Part shown: piece by piece, positions 61,902 to 64,000 of the stretch
Position numbering within the stretch: position 1 is the stretch's first letter
Layout: every line of letters starts with the position of its first letter
Assembly: GCF_036321535.1 (NCBI RefSeq)
Contig: NC_087436.1
Span: 106,392,001 to 106,456,000 of the forward strand
Source: Camelus dromedarius
Lineage: Eukaryota
Reading direction: 5' to 3'
DNA length: 64,000 nt
Notes under the pieces: model-generated
Seen by the model: the letters and a program-made list of their open reading frames with translations, nothing else
What the model was told of the DNA's origin: nothing
The model's database searches: none
Position numbers and translations under genes: made by a program

Positions 61902-61931
<30 letters not shown>
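61902..61931. repeat. (AC)15 microsatellite
   Basis: Read directly from the sequence. Confidence 0.95.
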
Positions 61932-61933
<2 letters not shown>

Positions 61934-62725
61934 ATATGCTTATCTGAGTCATGTATCTTCCATCCATCTGTTTCACTACATAGATAAAGGTTGATAAAAA
62001 TGTGCTTATGAAAAGATAAAAACTGGGCTTTCCACGATACACTTGAAGTGTAGTAGGGTGTGCTAAAACACTTTAAAAGAGTTATGTTGGTGTGCTTAAG
62101 TAATACTCAATGGGACAGAAAAAATCAAACAGAATCTTAAGCCATACTTAGGATTTCAATGAGGGAAAAAAAATGGGGAAAGCATTTTATATCAGAGATG
62201 CCATAATGAGGATGTGGGAAAACGGAAAAAAAAAAAAAAAAGGAAGCTCAGAGGAGAGAGTGACTTTAACGCCGATGGGAAATACAATCAGAAAGGCCAG
62301 GGAAATGCCATGTCAGAGCTAGAAGCGGGAGAGGAGAGAGCGGAGAACTGGAGAGGACATCCCTCGTGTTAAGTGGTCTTCCTCCTCAAATCTTCTGATT
62401 CCTTCAGAAAAACAAAAATTTCAGATGAAATCCCAAGTTTAGTAAATATCGTTACCTAATCTAATAACATTTAACACCCTTTGTAGGTAAACACTATGTT
62501 ATCCAAATAAAACCTATGTCTGGACTAGTTTTGGCCTGAAGACCTCCAGTTTGGAACCTGAGCTAGAGTGAGTGAAGTGACATAAAAATCTAAGTCTTTA
62601 CTCAAGGTGTTCTGGCATGCCTTTCTAGGGGGGATTTAGTTTTAATAAATACAACTTTTCTGCCCTGCATGATGGAGGCAAGTACTAAAAACAGTTCGCT
62701 AAGTTGATGAAGAAAACTTAGGTTT

Positions 62726-62889
62726 TGCTACTCAAGCTGTGGTCCATAAGCCAGCAGCATCAACAGCATCCAGGAAGTTATTAGAGATTCAGAATCTCAG
62801 GCTGAACTCCAGACTGCCTGAAGCAGAGTCTGCATCTTACCCACATCATCAAGTGATGCGTGTGGACGTTGCTGTTTGGGAAGCACCTG
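62726..62889 (+). mobile_element. MER5A-like hAT DNA transposon relic
   Basis: GTGGTCC...CCAGCAGCATCAACAGCATCCAGGAAGTTATTAGAGATTCAGAATCTCAGG...CCAGAC...TGAAGCAGA matches the MER5A core. Confidence 0.75.
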
Positions 62890-63924
62890 ATTTAGTATAC
62901 CTAATGTTCTCATTTTCAAATCGCCCCTGTAAGGCAAATCCCACAGCCAGAGTTTGAGCAGACAGCAAAATTTCCAAGAACCTTTAATATTACTAGTGGA
63001 ACATGGAACCAAAAAAGTTCACTCTTACTGAAGCCTGAACAAAGCAGTTAATATGGTAACGTTGACATATTTAGTAATGCGTTCACAGTGCTAAGTTCTT
63101 TACAAGAACTTGGGGAGCCAAATACAAGGCGCCACACAGGTAATACATTTATTCATTAATCAGTAAATTACCTTACATAGTCAGTAAATGTTGAATTCTG
63201 GACAACTGATAAGATCATTGGCTTTCACGTGTTTTTTCAATATTGTGCTCAGCCTCAGGTAGAAGTTGAATTGGGTGATCTTTTGATACTGTATGAAATT
63301 GACTGCATTTCCTAAGATTTTGTGGTTTCAATTACCATACATTTTTTTTTCATATTGGGTCCATAGCCATGGCGTTGACCCCGGCATAACAGTATCTTAT
63401 CATCAGTTCTGATAATGTAGTTGACAGTGGTGCAGCGTGTTGTCACTGATATGTGACAACGTGCGTGTGTGTGTTCCCAATTAGAACTTCACGTCAAGTA
63501 CGGGAACAATACGCAATGTACCCAAATCAAATCTACTCGCTCAGTGGATTGCGAGATGTGAGTGATTTTTGGTCCAGTGATGGAAACTGTGTGCTAGGGT
63601 GCTAGCTGGACCCTGAATTTGTGAGATAGATAAGTCAATTAGTGGTTCCTCAGTTTATTGGCAACTTAATTGTCAGAATGTAATGGAAACTTCTGAGCTG
63701 CAGCAACTCGTTAGAAGCAAAGAAACATGTGACTTTTTTTTTTCTAGAAGAATATTCAGTGAGCTGTGTATTTTTTTTCCCCCAAAGAGATCTTGAAAAT
63801 AAAATTAACAATTAAGTTTAAATTCTTACCTATGAAGGTAGGAGAGTTGTGAATTCTGCCACTGGAAAAATGCTCTGGAGAAGTTAGGGACATTGAAGGG
63901 AGAGGGAACAGGGGTTCAAATTTC

Positions 63925-64000
63925 CACTTGGTCACATGTTTGCAATGTATCAGGCAAGTTTCTTAACTTCCTCAAGCCTCAGTCTCCTTATCTGTAAAAT
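63925..64000 (+). mobile_element. MIR SINE (truncated by the window edge)
   Basis: CAGGCAAGTTTCTTAACTTCCTCAAGCCTCAGTCTCCTTATCTGTAAAAT core. Confidence 0.8.

Larger units (their letters stand above)
14300..64000 (+). other. PPARGC1A: PPARGC1A gene, 5' portion (alternative exon 1b/1c, masked exon 1a, exon 2, part of intron 2); start approximate, continues beyond the window
   Basis: Exon 2 translates to the PGC-1alpha N-terminal activation domain. The CRE promoter lies ~5.2 kb upstream of exon 2 and an exon 1b-like sequence ~13 kb upstream of that, matching the known two-promoter architecture. No exon 3 sequence (KIDEENEANL...) was seen. Confidence 0.95.

Noticed and set aside
32520-64000. Further PPARGC1A coding exons or a nested protein-coding gene
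   Set aside because: No exon 3 peptide or other recognisable protein in any frame; the listed ORFs are short, mostly non-ATG and often overlap repeats.
1-64000. CRISPR arrays, rRNA, operons or other prokaryotic/viral systems
   Set aside because: The sequence is mammalian intergenic and intronic DNA; no regularly spaced repeat-spacer arrays or dense coding regions are present.

Overview
Mammalian genomic DNA, most likely camelid given a Vic-1-like tRNA-derived SINE at 11742-11905. The window covers the 5' part of PPARGC1A (PGC-1alpha) on the + strand. Visible directly: coding exon 2 (32340-32519, CAALVGEDQPLCPDLPELDLSELDVNDLDTDSFLGGLKWCSDQSEIISNQYNNEPSNIFE), the proximal promoter with its palindromic CRE (27111-27118), and a recognisable ortholog of the distal alternative promoter and exon 1b/1c (~14230-14440). 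Canonical exon 1a is inferred to lie under the N-run at 27137-27406. Exon 3 lies beyond the window, so everything after 32520 is intron 2. The rest is non-coding, with MIR, L2, L1, MLT2, MER20, MER33 and MER5A relics and microsatellites. The most notable observation is apparent start-codon turnover in exon 1b/1c. The ATGs that give MLGLSSMDSILK (PGC-1alpha-b/alpha4) and MLL (PGC-1alpha-c) in human and mouse read GTC and ATC here, with other ATGs upstream of each. A 5-G run puts the exon 1b replacement ATG one base out of frame. Human/mouse comparisons and repeat-family names are from memory and need alignment and RepeatMasker confirmation.
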